Positions 39,110 to 47,577 of a stretch of DNA of 64,000 nt are shown here, piece by piece. Location: positions 30,502-94,501 of the forward strand of contig JBBIGR010000016.1 in NCBI GenBank assembly GCA_037447435.1, given 5' to 3'. The stretch comes from Fibrobacteria bacterium. Its GTDB lineage: Bacteria > Fibrobacterota > Chitinivibrionia > Chitinivibrionales > FEN-1185. Numbering within the stretch: the stretch's first letter is position 1; the number at the start of each line of letters is the position of its first letter. A model generated the notes under the pieces. That model saw only the letters and a list, made by a program, of their open reading frames with translations, was not told where the DNA came from and did not search any database. Both the position numbers and the translations under genes were made by a program.

Positions 39110-40501
39110 GTGGAAAAAAAAATGTATATCGCGATGCTTTTCGGGGTCATTGTTTCGTCCGTATGGGCGCAGGACAATTCGCCCCGTTTCTTTGCGATGC
39201 AATGCCTTGCAAAGGGGAATTACAAGGATGCCGACAGCGCATTTACCGTTGCGCAGAAAACGGGAAACCTTTCGGCCGGCGATCTGTTACGATGGCAAAG
39301 CGCAAAGGCCGTTTTGTCGGACTTCGTCGGGGCTGCGCAGCTTTGTTGCGACATTGCAAAAGGCGATAACCGTTTTGCGCAAAGCGCGGTAAGCAGCCTT
39401 GTCCAGATGCTCGACGAACAACCCCTGCAAACTAAAACGCAGGCCCTGGCACGGTACAGGGATTGCGCATTGTCAAGTTCCCTCTGCGACACGCCCGATA
39501 TCAAAAACAAATTGAACACGCTATACGGGTCTTTGGGATTGTTTTCCCAACAGGACAGTTTGCTCGTGCGGCTCGATACGAAAAAATGCCCGTCGGGCAG
39601 GGATTTTTTCGATGCGGCGCGGCAGCGATTCATGCAAGGCTTTATGTCGTTTGCGGTCTTTCCCGCCGCTAAGGCGTATGCCGAAATTGCAAATGACATA
39701 ACGATCCGTTCCATGGCGGCGACCATGCTGTTTGAGGTTTACAGGCAGAAAGGGCAACGCGATTCGGCTTCCCTCTGGCTTTCGCGAGCGTCGCTTTCGA
39801 ATGAGCATATAAAAACCGCCGCTATAGTATTTTTACAATCCATCGGCGCAAGCAACCGCGCCGACAGTCTTATCGAAAGCCTTCGGCCTTCGGTGACAAA
39901 AGACACCCTTGTTCTGCGTGCCCTGGCCATGAGCGGCGATGCGAACGCGGCGTATGCAAGAGTAAGCCGTTTCAAGCAAAGTTATGAAGCGTTGATTATC
40001 TGGAAATGCAGGCTCGCCGTTTTCGCTCATCATACCGATGACATTACCCGAATCATGGACAGCAGTGCGTTACCCGTAAATCCCATATTTGCAAAAGAGC
40101 TTCTCGACTACCGGTACAGGCTCGAAATGCTTTCGTCCGAGCAAGGTGCGGTAAACGATTTTTGCGATATCCGCTATGCACTATTCAGGAATTTGCCTAA
40201 AAAAGCGGCTGCAGTTCCTATAGCCGCTTATACGAAACCGGTTCGGGATATGCTTTGCTGCGATATTGCGCAGGTTTTTTTGCAAAACAACGATTATCAA
40301 AACGCGCTCGGCACGATGCGATCCTGCACGCCCGACAGCGGGAGCTGTGAATTGCAGTATCTGTACGGCAGCACCCTTATTTTACAAGGCGCGGTACAAC
40401 AGGGCAAAGCGGCTTTGGATCAGTTGATGCTTTCCAGTCCGGCCGACGTGTTTTGCAACAGGGCGCGGGTCTTTCTTGCCGAGCTGCAAAAGAAAAAATA
40501 A
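39110..40501 (+). CDS. Exported helical-repeat (TPR-like) protein
   Basis: Signal peptide ending VWA-Q, Ala/Leu-rich helical pattern; adjacent to the Omp85 gene. Confidence 0.6.
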   Translation: MEKKMYIAMLFGVIVSSVWAQDNSPRFFAMQCLAKGNYKDADSAFTVAQKTGNLSAGDLLRWQSAKAVLSDFVGAAQLCCDIAKGDNRFAQSAVSSLVQMLDEQPLQTKTQALARYRDCALSSSLCDTPDIKNKLNTLYGSLGLFSQQDSLLVRLDTKKCPSGRDFFDAARQRFMQGFMSFAVFPAAKAYAEIANDITIRSMAATMLFEVYRQKGQRDSASLWLSRASLSNEHIKTAAIVFLQSIGASNRADSLIESLRPSVTKDTLVLRALAMSGDANAAYARVSRFKQSYEALIIWKCRLAVFAHHTDDITRIMDSSALPVNPIFAKELLDYRYRLEMLSSEQGAVNDFCDIRYALFRNLPKKAAAVPIAAYTKPVRDMLCCDIAQVFLQNNDYQNALGTMRSCTPDSGSCELQYLYGSTLILQGAVQQGKAALDQLMLSSPADVFCNRARVFLAELQKKK

Positions 40502-40582
40502 AGTATATTTTTGATGAATATGTTCTTTTTATCCTTTATTGCCGGATTCCAATGATATACTAAGAGGATACGAGGAGGCCAA

Positions 40583-40828
40583 ATGAGCATACGATGGGTT
40601 AAGAATCTAGTAATTGACGATGTGAAAACCAATCTCGAAATACAGCTTGGCGACCGGACCATCGGCGACAAATGTTATACGCGTATCGGTACGGAAATTG
40701 AAAAATGGTTCGACAATATTTCAGATGCACGCGAGGATATTATTGCGCAAGGTCTTGACATTTTAAAACGAAGACTGGAAAAAAAAACCGTGAATTATCC
40801 AGACGGAAGGTCCTATGATTGGCAGTGA
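40583..40828 (+). CDS. Hypothetical 81-aa protein
   Basis: Strong SD GAGGAGG; 14-nt overlap with the GH57 gene. Confidence 0.7.
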   Translation: MSIRWVKNLVIDDVKTNLEIQLGDRTIGDKCYTRIGTEIEKWFDNISDAREDIIAQGLDILKRRLEKKTVNYPDGRSYDWQ

Positions 40829-43304
40829 AAACAAGTCGGGAAAAAAGCGCTATGTCGTTATTCACGGCCATTTTTACCAACCCCCGCGCGAAAACCCGTG
40901 GCTTGATATAATAGAAAAGCAGGACTCGGCCTCACCGTATCACGATTGGAACGAACGCATATACGACCAATGTTACAGGCCTAATGCCAATTCCCGTATT
41001 CTCGATTCCCGCGGCATGATCGTGGATATTCATAACAATTATTCCCATATGAGTTACAATTTCGGGCCGACACTGTTCCGCTGGTTGGAAAAAAACCACC
41101 CGAAAATTGCGCAAAACATCATCGCTGCCGACCGTGAAAGCTCGCTTCGGCTAAAAAAACACGGCAATGCGCTGGCCCAGGTTTACAATCACATGATTAT
41201 GCCGTTGGCGTCGCATCGGGACCAATTGACTCAAATTCGCTGGGCGAAATCGTTTTTCCGTAAGCGGTTTAAACGCGATCCAGAAGGATTTTGGCTTGCC
41301 GAAACGGCAATAAACATGGAAACGGTCGAATGTCTTATCGAAGAAGGAGTCAAATTTGTCATATTGTCGCCCAACCAGGTCGAATCGTTCCGGAAAATTG
41401 ACACTTCGGATTCCTGGAAAGACGTCTCCAACGGCAGCATAGATACCCGTCGGGCATACCGGGTTTTTCATCGCGACCGCGACGGCAATAAAAAGAACGG
41501 TTATTTGGATTTATTCTTTTTCGACGAAGGATTGTCCCGCGAAATAAGTTTCAGCGATTTATTATCCAATGCATCGACGCTGGGCACGAAAATTCGCTCG
41601 TGTTTCGACGATTCTCCCGACGATCAGGTCGTTGTCATCGCAACCGATGGGGAAACATTCGGCCATCATAAACCCTTCGGCGACATGTGTCTGGCGTATT
41701 TCTTCGATTCGGTTGCGCAGAATATGGATATGATCCCGGTCAATTTCGCCTATTTTCTTGAAAAGAATCCGCCGCAATACGAGGTGGTTCTGAAAAGTGA
41801 ATTCGGCGAGGGGACCGCATGGAGCTGCGCTCACGGCGTGGGCCGGTGGTCGCGCGATTGTGGTTGCAAGGCCGGCGGACCGTTATCGTGGAATCAATCG
41901 TGGCGTGCCCCGCTTCGCCATGCGTTTGCAATATTACAAAAGCATGTCGATGAAGCTTTTGTCAATAACCTTTCACCGTTGATATCGGATCCTTGGAAAC
42001 TCCGCGACCAGTTTATGGATCTATGCGATCTGCCGACGATAGCGGAATTCAATCAAACGCTGGAAAAACTCGGTTTGGCCCGCGGTCTTACCGTTACGCA
42101 GGCAATGCTTGTCCGCCGCATGTGCGAAGCCCAGAAATACATGTTGTTCGCCTATACGTCGTGCGGCTGGTTTTTCTCGGATGTTAGCGGCATAGAAACC
42201 GTTCAAAATATCGCGTACGCGGCGCGTGCATTGTCGCTTGCCGTCGATGCCGAAGAGCGCGACCCTATTTCCGCCGAATTCATGCGTTTGTTGTCGCAAG
42301 CGAAAAGCAACATCGTTCCCAAAGACGGGGCAACCTTGTTTACCGCACATGTTTCGGGCTTTTTGCGCAATCTCTCCATTTTATCGTTTACCGCGATCGT
42401 GGAAAAAAACATCGCCAGCGAGCTGGCGTCGCGAAACGATTTCGAATATTTCGGATACAAAATATCGATTAGCAATGAAGAACAGATATATTCGCAGCAA
42501 GGCCAACATTTCAGTACCTATGACGTCGCGATACAAAACGAGAAAATCGGCGAGGATGCCGTGTTGGCGATTTGCATCACAAAAGACGACGGGCAGATAC
42601 GCGGATGGTGCCTGCGGAAAGCATTGACGAAAATCCAAGGATTCGACCCAAAACGGCCGGAAAGCTTTATGATGCATCCCAAGTCGCTTAAGCTCGATTT
42701 GTCTTGCGTTTTCGAAGAAACGAAATTGCAGTTGGCAAAGTATTATTTGGAGGAAATGTCCAAGGATACCGAAGAGAAATATGCCAAATGGATGGATTAT
42801 CATATTTCGAGCCTCGATTCTTTAAGCGGGCTCGGTGTTGCGTTGCCTCCGTTCGTAGCCGCTCCCATCGCGTATGTGCTTACCCGTCAATGGAATGTCG
42901 CGCTTAACGAGATCGAGATTTACGGGCAGGAAGAGGCGGTTTTTCAAAAGCTTCTCGATTTGTGGAATTTGTCGAAAAAATTCGGTATTACCATCGACTT
43001 TTCCGAAAGTGCGGTCATGATACTCGACCTCGTTACCGCCGAACTCAAGTTGTTCGGAGAGACCTTGTCGACGGCTTCATCCGAACGCATGCGGTTTTTG
43101 CTCAATATTATCGACCGGTTTTCAATACCGTTTTCCAAAAACAAGGTTGAAGACCTGTTTCACGGTATCCTGAAAAGCACTATTCGCCCCATGTACGACG
43201 AGTTTAAATCGAATCACGACGATTCGCAAAAAGAGCAGATCATTAAACTGTTGCAGTTTGCCCGCCGAATGAATTTTAATACCGACGAATTTCCGATTTC
43301 ATAG
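40815..43304 (+). CDS. Glycoside hydrolase family 57 / DUF3536 protein
   Basis: HGHFYQPPRENPW, FWLAET, ATDGETFGHH, WSCAHGVGRW, TSCGWFF. Confidence 0.92.
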   Translation: MIGSENKSGKKRYVVIHGHFYQPPRENPWLDIIEKQDSASPYHDWNERIYDQCYRPNANSRILDSRGMIVDIHNNYSHMSYNFGPTLFRWLEKNHPKIAQNIIAADRESSLRLKKHGNALAQVYNHMIMPLASHRDQLTQIRWAKSFFRKRFKRDPEGFWLAETAINMETVECLIEEGVKFVILSPNQVESFRKIDTSDSWKDVSNGSIDTRRAYRVFHRDRDGNKKNGYLDLFFFDEGLSREISFSDLLSNASTLGTKIRSCFDDSPDDQVVVIATDGETFGHHKPFGDMCLAYFFDSVAQNMDMIPVNFAYFLEKNPPQYEVVLKSEFGEGTAWSCAHGVGRWSRDCGCKAGGPLSWNQSWRAPLRHAFAILQKHVDEAFVNNLSPLISDPWKLRDQFMDLCDLPTIAEFNQTLEKLGLARGLTVTQAMLVRRMCEAQKYMLFAYTSCGWFFSDVSGIETVQNIAYAARALSLAVDAEERDPISAEFMRLLSQAKSNIVPKDGATLFTAHVSGFLRNLSILSFTAIVEKNIASELASRNDFEYFGYKISISNEEQIYSQQGQHFSTYDVAIQNEKIGEDAVLAICITKDDGQIRGWCLRKALTKIQGFDPKRPESFMMHPKSLKLDLSCVFEETKLQLAKYYLEEMSKDTEEKYAKWMDYHISSLDSLSGLGVALPPFVAAPIAYVLTRQWNVALNEIEIYGQEEAVFQKLLDLWNLSKKFGITIDFSESAVMILDLVTAELKLFGETLSTASSERMRFLLNIIDRFSIPFSKNKVEDLFHGILKSTIRPMYDEFKSNHDDSQKEQIIKLLQFARRMNFNTDEFPIS

Positions 43305-43481
43305 GGGAAAACACCGGGTAAAAACGGCTTTTTTTTCCTGCAACGAAAGTTATTGAAATCGGGTCATGCCGGAGATATTTTTAGGTTTCAAGCGAAAAAC
43401 GGCATCGAATTCGATCCTATTCGGGGAAATCGGGAGTAGCTTCCCGATGTTACATTGTAAAAAATAAAAGAGTAATCAAAA

Positions 43482-43739
43482 ATGTTTGAACAATATGCGA
43501 TTTTTTGGGTTGTCCAAGTCCTCATTCTCTTATTCGGAGTTTCAATCGGTCACTCGATTTTAATTTTTAAAATCCGCAAAGAGGAAAACAAGCGCCGCGA
43601 ATTGGAGCTTTCCCTTCTTGAAAAGCGCTCCGAAGTGCTTAAAGAAGGCAAGCAAATTGCCCATGATCTCGAAGAAGTCCTCTACAAGGCAAAAGTTCAG
43701 CAGGAAATTAACGATATCCTCAAGAAAAAAGGGTCCTAG
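43482..43739 (+). CDS. Small membrane-anchored coiled-coil protein
   Basis: N-terminal TM followed by a charged helix. Confidence 0.6.
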   Translation: MFEQYAIFWVVQVLILLFGVSIGHSILIFKIRKEENKRRELELSLLEKRSEVLKEGKQIAHDLEEVLYKAKVQQEINDILKKKGS

Positions 43740-43756
43740 CCCCGATTTTTTCCCGT

Positions 43757-44050
43757 TTATATTTTTAAGCCAAGAATATGGCGAGCGATCTTTTCCGCAG
43801 CCTCGTCGGTAATCGTATATTTTGTTTTCTCAATTTTCGTCTTAATTGAATTAACATAAGCCGTTCTTTGCTCGTCTTTATTATTCATGGCTTCCCGAAC
43901 GCTCCGCACGCTGTTTGCCGTGTCGGAAATGGTCACGGAATCCATAACCAGTGCATCCTGAGGTTGAGACGTCTTAGGCCGTTTAACACCCGTTTGCTCT
44001 TCAACAACCAGGTCTGCAATTTTTTGTATTATAAGGGATTGATCGACCAT
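43757..44050 (-). CDS. flgM: Anti-sigma-28 factor FlgM-like protein
   Basis: DSVTIS..A..R...V.SIK.KI...Y.I....IA..IL pattern plus an upstream sigma-28 promoter. Confidence 0.75.
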   Translation of the reverse strand: MVDQSLIIQKIADLVVEEQTGVKRPKTSQPQDALVMDSVTISDTANSVRSVREAMNNKDEQRTAYVNSIKTKIEKTKYTITDEAAEKIARHILGLKI

Positions 44051-44104
44051 AAAACACCGACCCGAAAATATTTATGAGTGCACGTCCGTATACGTCTATT
44101 AGTT

Positions 44105-44131
44105 ATATCGGCAGAATGTGACGACATTTTA
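44105..44131 (-). promoter_or_regulatory. Sigma-28 (FliA/SigD) promoter of flgM
   Basis: Minus strand TAAA-N15-GCCGATAT. Confidence 0.85.
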
Positions 44132-44151
44132 TCATAGAAATAAAAAAAATA

Positions 44152-44180
44152 TTGACATGCCGAATAAAATCCATTATAAT
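44152..44180 (+). promoter_or_regulatory. Consensus sigma-70 promoter
   Basis: TTGACA-17 nt-TATAAT with an A-tract upstream. Confidence 0.9.
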
Positions 44181-44235
44181 TCTCTTGCCAATAATTTTGA
44201 ATAACCAGTTCAACGATGATGGGAGGTGATATCGA

Positions 44236-44418
44236 ATGATTCTTGACGAGCAATTTGATGCAGACGAAATTCTTCGCGATGTCGACGAAGCAGATGTTGA
44301 TGCCGATGAACCGGCAGAGGATATGCGCGAATTGAATTTCGGCTCCTTGCATGATGAAAACGCTAACTTCAGCGATATGGCAAGTGATCTCGATAACACC
44401 GATGATTTATGGGAATAA
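44236..44418 (+). CDS. Small highly acidic protein (60 aa)
   Basis: SD GGGAGGTGAT, consensus promoter, downstream terminator; 23 D/E, 2 R, 0 K. Confidence 0.8.
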   Translation: MILDEQFDADEILRDVDEADVDADEPAEDMRELNFGSLHDENANFSDMASDLDNTDDLWE

Positions 44419-44477
44419 AAAACAACGCCCATAGCATGGGTGTTTTGCAGTAATGCCCCATTTATATATAAAAGTGT

Positions 44478-44511
44478 AGGGCAGACCTCCATGGGGGGTT
44501 TGCCTTTTTTT
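44478..44511 (+). terminator. Intrinsic terminator
   Basis: AGGGCAGACCTCC-ATG-GGGGGTTTGCCTTTTTTT. Confidence 0.75.
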
Positions 44512-44514
44512 ATT

Positions 44515-45270
44515 ATGAAACAATATTCCTATTTTGTGTCCGACGCCCACCTGGGCATTGCAATGCCCGGATACGATCGCCGGGAAAATGATTTGTTCGC
44601 GTTTTTCGAGCAAATTTCCCTTGATGCGACGGATTTGTATATTGTGGGAGATTTGTTTGATTTCTGGATAGAATACAAGTACGCGATCAGGCCCGACTAT
44701 TATAAAGCAATCGCCAAGCTCAGGCAACTGGTGGAATGCGGCGTCTCGGTGCATTATCTGTCCGGGAATCATGATTTTGCTTTGGGAGAATTTCTAACGA
44801 AAACCGTCGGCCTTACCGTTCATCACGAACACCTGATCACCGATATACAGGGTAAAAAGGTGCATTTGTATCACGGCGACGGGCTTGCTAAAAACGATGT
44901 CGGATACCGCCTGCTTAAAAAAATCCTGCGAAACCCGACGAATCAAAAACTGTACAAAATGATTCATCCCGATATCGGCGTCCCCATGGCTTCTTTTTTT
45001 TCCGGTTCGAGCAGGAAAATGCTGGCCAATTGGATGACCGACGAAAAACTTGCGGAATACCGGGCGGTTGCGCGGCAATATCTTGACGAAAGCGATATCG
45101 TGATTTTCGGGCATACCCACCGCTACGAAATTACGCGCTTCGGCGACAAAACATATGTCAATACCGGCGAATGGATACGGAAATATTCCTATGCGAAAAT
45201 GGAAAACGGAATCATACGTTTATGGCAGTGGTTTAACAACCGGCCTGCGGAAGAAATACATCCCCGATAA
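44515..45270 (+). CDS. lpxH: UDP-2,3-diacylglucosamine hydrolase-family metallophosphoesterase
   Basis: SDAHLG, GDLFDFW, GNHD, HGD, GHTH, NTGEW. Confidence 0.85.
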   Translation: MKQYSYFVSDAHLGIAMPGYDRRENDLFAFFEQISLDATDLYIVGDLFDFWIEYKYAIRPDYYKAIAKLRQLVECGVSVHYLSGNHDFALGEFLTKTVGLTVHHEHLITDIQGKKVHLYHGDGLAKNDVGYRLLKKILRNPTNQKLYKMIHPDIGVPMASFFSGSSRKMLANWMTDEKLAEYRAVARQYLDESDIVIFGHTHRYEITRFGDKTYVNTGEWIRKYSYAKMENGIIRLWQWFNNRPAEEIHPR

Positions 45271-45284
45271 GATCCCTGCCGTAG

Positions 45285-45770
45285 CTAAAAAAATTCCTTC
45301 AAAGCGTCGTACGCGTCATCGAGACTTTGCGACATCACTTTCGTGTTTCCGATGACCGGCATGAAATTGGAGTCGCCGTTCCAGCGCGGTACGATGTGCA
45401 TATGCAAATGCTGGTCTATGCCCGCGCCTGCGGTCCTGCCCAGATTCATGCCGATATTGAAGCCGTGCGGCGCAAATGCCTTGGTGAGCGCTTGCCTGCA
45501 TTTCGCAAGAAGCGCCCACATTTCCTGGCTGCATTGGGGCGTGATATCGTCGAGATTGCTTGTATGCATATACGGGACGATCATGAGATGCCCGTTATTG
45601 TACGGAAAAGCATTACAAATGATAAACGATTCTTTTCCACGGAAAAGAATAAGGTTTTTCCTATCTGCGGTTTCCTTGGGCTTGGTGCAAAAAATGCAGC
45701 CCTGATCGCCGGATTGCCCCACAGTTTCCTTAATGTATTTCATACGCCAGGGTGCCCAGAGTTTGTTCAT
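45285..45770 (-). CDS. HIT-family protein
   Basis: LWAPWRM.YI, CIFC, PYNNGH, AGAGI..HLHMHIVPRW. Confidence 0.93.
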   Translation of the reverse strand: MNKLWAPWRMKYIKETVGQSGDQGCIFCTKPKETADRKNLILFRGKESFIICNAFPYNNGHLMIVPYMHTSNLDDITPQCSQEMWALLAKCRQALTKAFAPHGFNIGMNLGRTAGAGIDQHLHMHIVPRWNGDSNFMPVIGNTKVMSQSLDDAYDALKEFF

Positions 45771-45771
45771 A

Positions 45772-46674
45772 TTAAAATGCCAATGCGATTCCGGTGTTAA
45801 GCACAAGCCCCATTCCGCCGATGTCGACCGACGGGTCTAGTTGACTAAAAGGAATAATATACTTGCCGTCGACGTAGACGCCGATCGGAATGACCGGGAT
45901 TTTCACCATAAGTCCGAGATCTATATGCATGCCGAATGTCGGTTGCGTGAGCCCGCTGATGATTTTCTTGACAACGCCCTGCATGATTGAGGAGTTGCCG
46001 AGCAGGTCGGAGCTGAGGGTACCGATCGTTTTGGTTCCCTGTGCGTTTTCGTTGATCACGTCCTGGACAAGTTTGTTTGATAATACCGGGGTTGCAAATA
46101 TGCCGCTCAGTCCTGCGCCGCCGTACACATTTACCACCTTTAATAAATTAGGAAACCGGACGATGTATTTACGTATTGTGGCGTCTATCTGCAGTTTCGC
46201 ATACGGGGTATTTTTTAATCCCATATATCCCAGGCCAAAATTGTCGAGCGTGAGCTTTGTCGAATCATAAACGAAATTTGCAGGATCATGATAATTTCCC
46301 GTAGGATTAATAATTCCTTTGGGATATTTTACCTGCCCGACATAATCCCATAAACCGAAATTGCCCGAAAGTTCGATTCCGTCAATGAATGGAATGACAT
46401 CGACGTAAATCTTACCGCCAAACGCAAAATCGGATTTGAAATTGCTACGGGTCACATACGCGGGAATGCTGTCGCCGTTCAGGATTTGCCCGTTACCGGG
46501 ATCGAATTTTAAAAAATCGAATTTAACATGGTCGCCGAGACCGGTGGTGTTTTTCATTGAAAGGGTATAATCCAGTCCGTAGTGCACGCCGATACCCACA
46601 AGGGCGAAAGCAGGAGAAACCGCCAAAAAGGAAAACAGGGCGGAACAGAAAACGATTTTCTGAAATCTATTCAT
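45772..46674 (-). CDS. Putative outer membrane protein
   Basis: Signal peptide ending AFA, beta-strand pattern, C-terminal Phe, SD GGAGG. Confidence 0.65.
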   Translation of the reverse strand: MNRFQKIVFCSALFSFLAVSPAFALVGIGVHYGLDYTLSMKNTTGLGDHVKFDFLKFDPGNGQILNGDSIPAYVTRSNFKSDFAFGGKIYVDVIPFIDGIELSGNFGLWDYVGQVKYPKGIINPTGNYHDPANFVYDSTKLTLDNFGLGYMGLKNTPYAKLQIDATIRKYIVRFPNLLKVVNVYGGAGLSGIFATPVLSNKLVQDVINENAQGTKTIGTLSSDLLGNSSIMQGVVKKIISGLTQPTFGMHIDLGLMVKIPVIPIGVYVDGKYIIPFSQLDPSVDIGGMGLVLNTGIALAF

Positions 46675-46815
46675 GAATAACCTCCCGAAAAATGAAAGAA
46701 ATTGTTTACTGGTAATGTATAAAGATATAATAGTTTAAGAATGCGTGTCTTAAATATCTCTCCTGTTCCTTAATTATCGTTTAATTGGGTGATTTTTTCA
46801 ATTATATAAACGCAT

Positions 46816-47577
46816 ATGAACCGAGTAACTACCGTAGTTCTTTTTCTCCTGATTCAAACCGTTGCCTTTCCACAGGACAAAGCGGGTATCGAGTCGTTTG
46901 CCTGTTCTATACAAAGAAGAATGTCCTGCAAAGAACAGTGCAGCAGCGCCGACGGCCGTATTTTTGTCGATAGGGTGCATAAACGTATTTGCTACGATTA
47001 CGACACTCCGTTTCATTACCGTTTCATACTTTCGGACACGGATTTTTACGGATTGGACAAAAAGAAAAAAACTGGGTATGTGGCACAAGGAACGGTTTCG
47101 ATGCCTCTGGCACGGTCCGTCGATGTTTTAGAGCCGTTCTTTACATACGCTTTCGGCTTTAATTTTGGAAAGCAAAAGGTTTTGGCAAGCAAAGACTCGT
47201 GTATATTGTATGAAGTACGGTATAAAGACATAAGAGACATTGTTGCCGTACATCGCGATTGGAATATGCCCGTGATTATAGAATCGTTCGGCCCAAACGA
47301 AAACCTGTTGATGCAAATGAAAATCACGTACGACAAAGTGATGGATGAAAAATACGTTCCCCGGCGAATCGTCATAAGAAAATTATGCGATACGTTACTC
47401 ATCATCGACACGGTGATCCTGAGCCGTTGCACCTACAATAAACCGGTTCGAAACGACGTTTTTTCAATCGACCCCGGCTATGCCGTACGCAGGTTAGAAC
47501 CCCCTCACGATCGCATGGAAAACCCCGTATTACCAATAAGCAATGAACAGCAAGGTGAACAACATGGAAAACCCTAA
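46816..47577 (+). CDS. LolA-like periplasmic protein
   Basis: Signal peptide; GRIF..RICYDY..P..ILSD resembles the LolA fold; ends N.PV..DVF. Confidence 0.55.
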   Translation: MNRVTTVVLFLLIQTVAFPQDKAGIESFACSIQRRMSCKEQCSSADGRIFVDRVHKRICYDYDTPFHYRFILSDTDFYGLDKKKKTGYVAQGTVSMPLARSVDVLEPFFTYAFGFNFGKQKVLASKDSCILYEVRYKDIRDIVAVHRDWNMPVIIESFGPNENLLMQMKITYDKVMDEKYVPRRIVIRKLCDTLLIIDTVILSRCTYNKPVRNDVFSIDPGYAVRRLEPPHDRMENPVLPISNEQQGEQHGKP

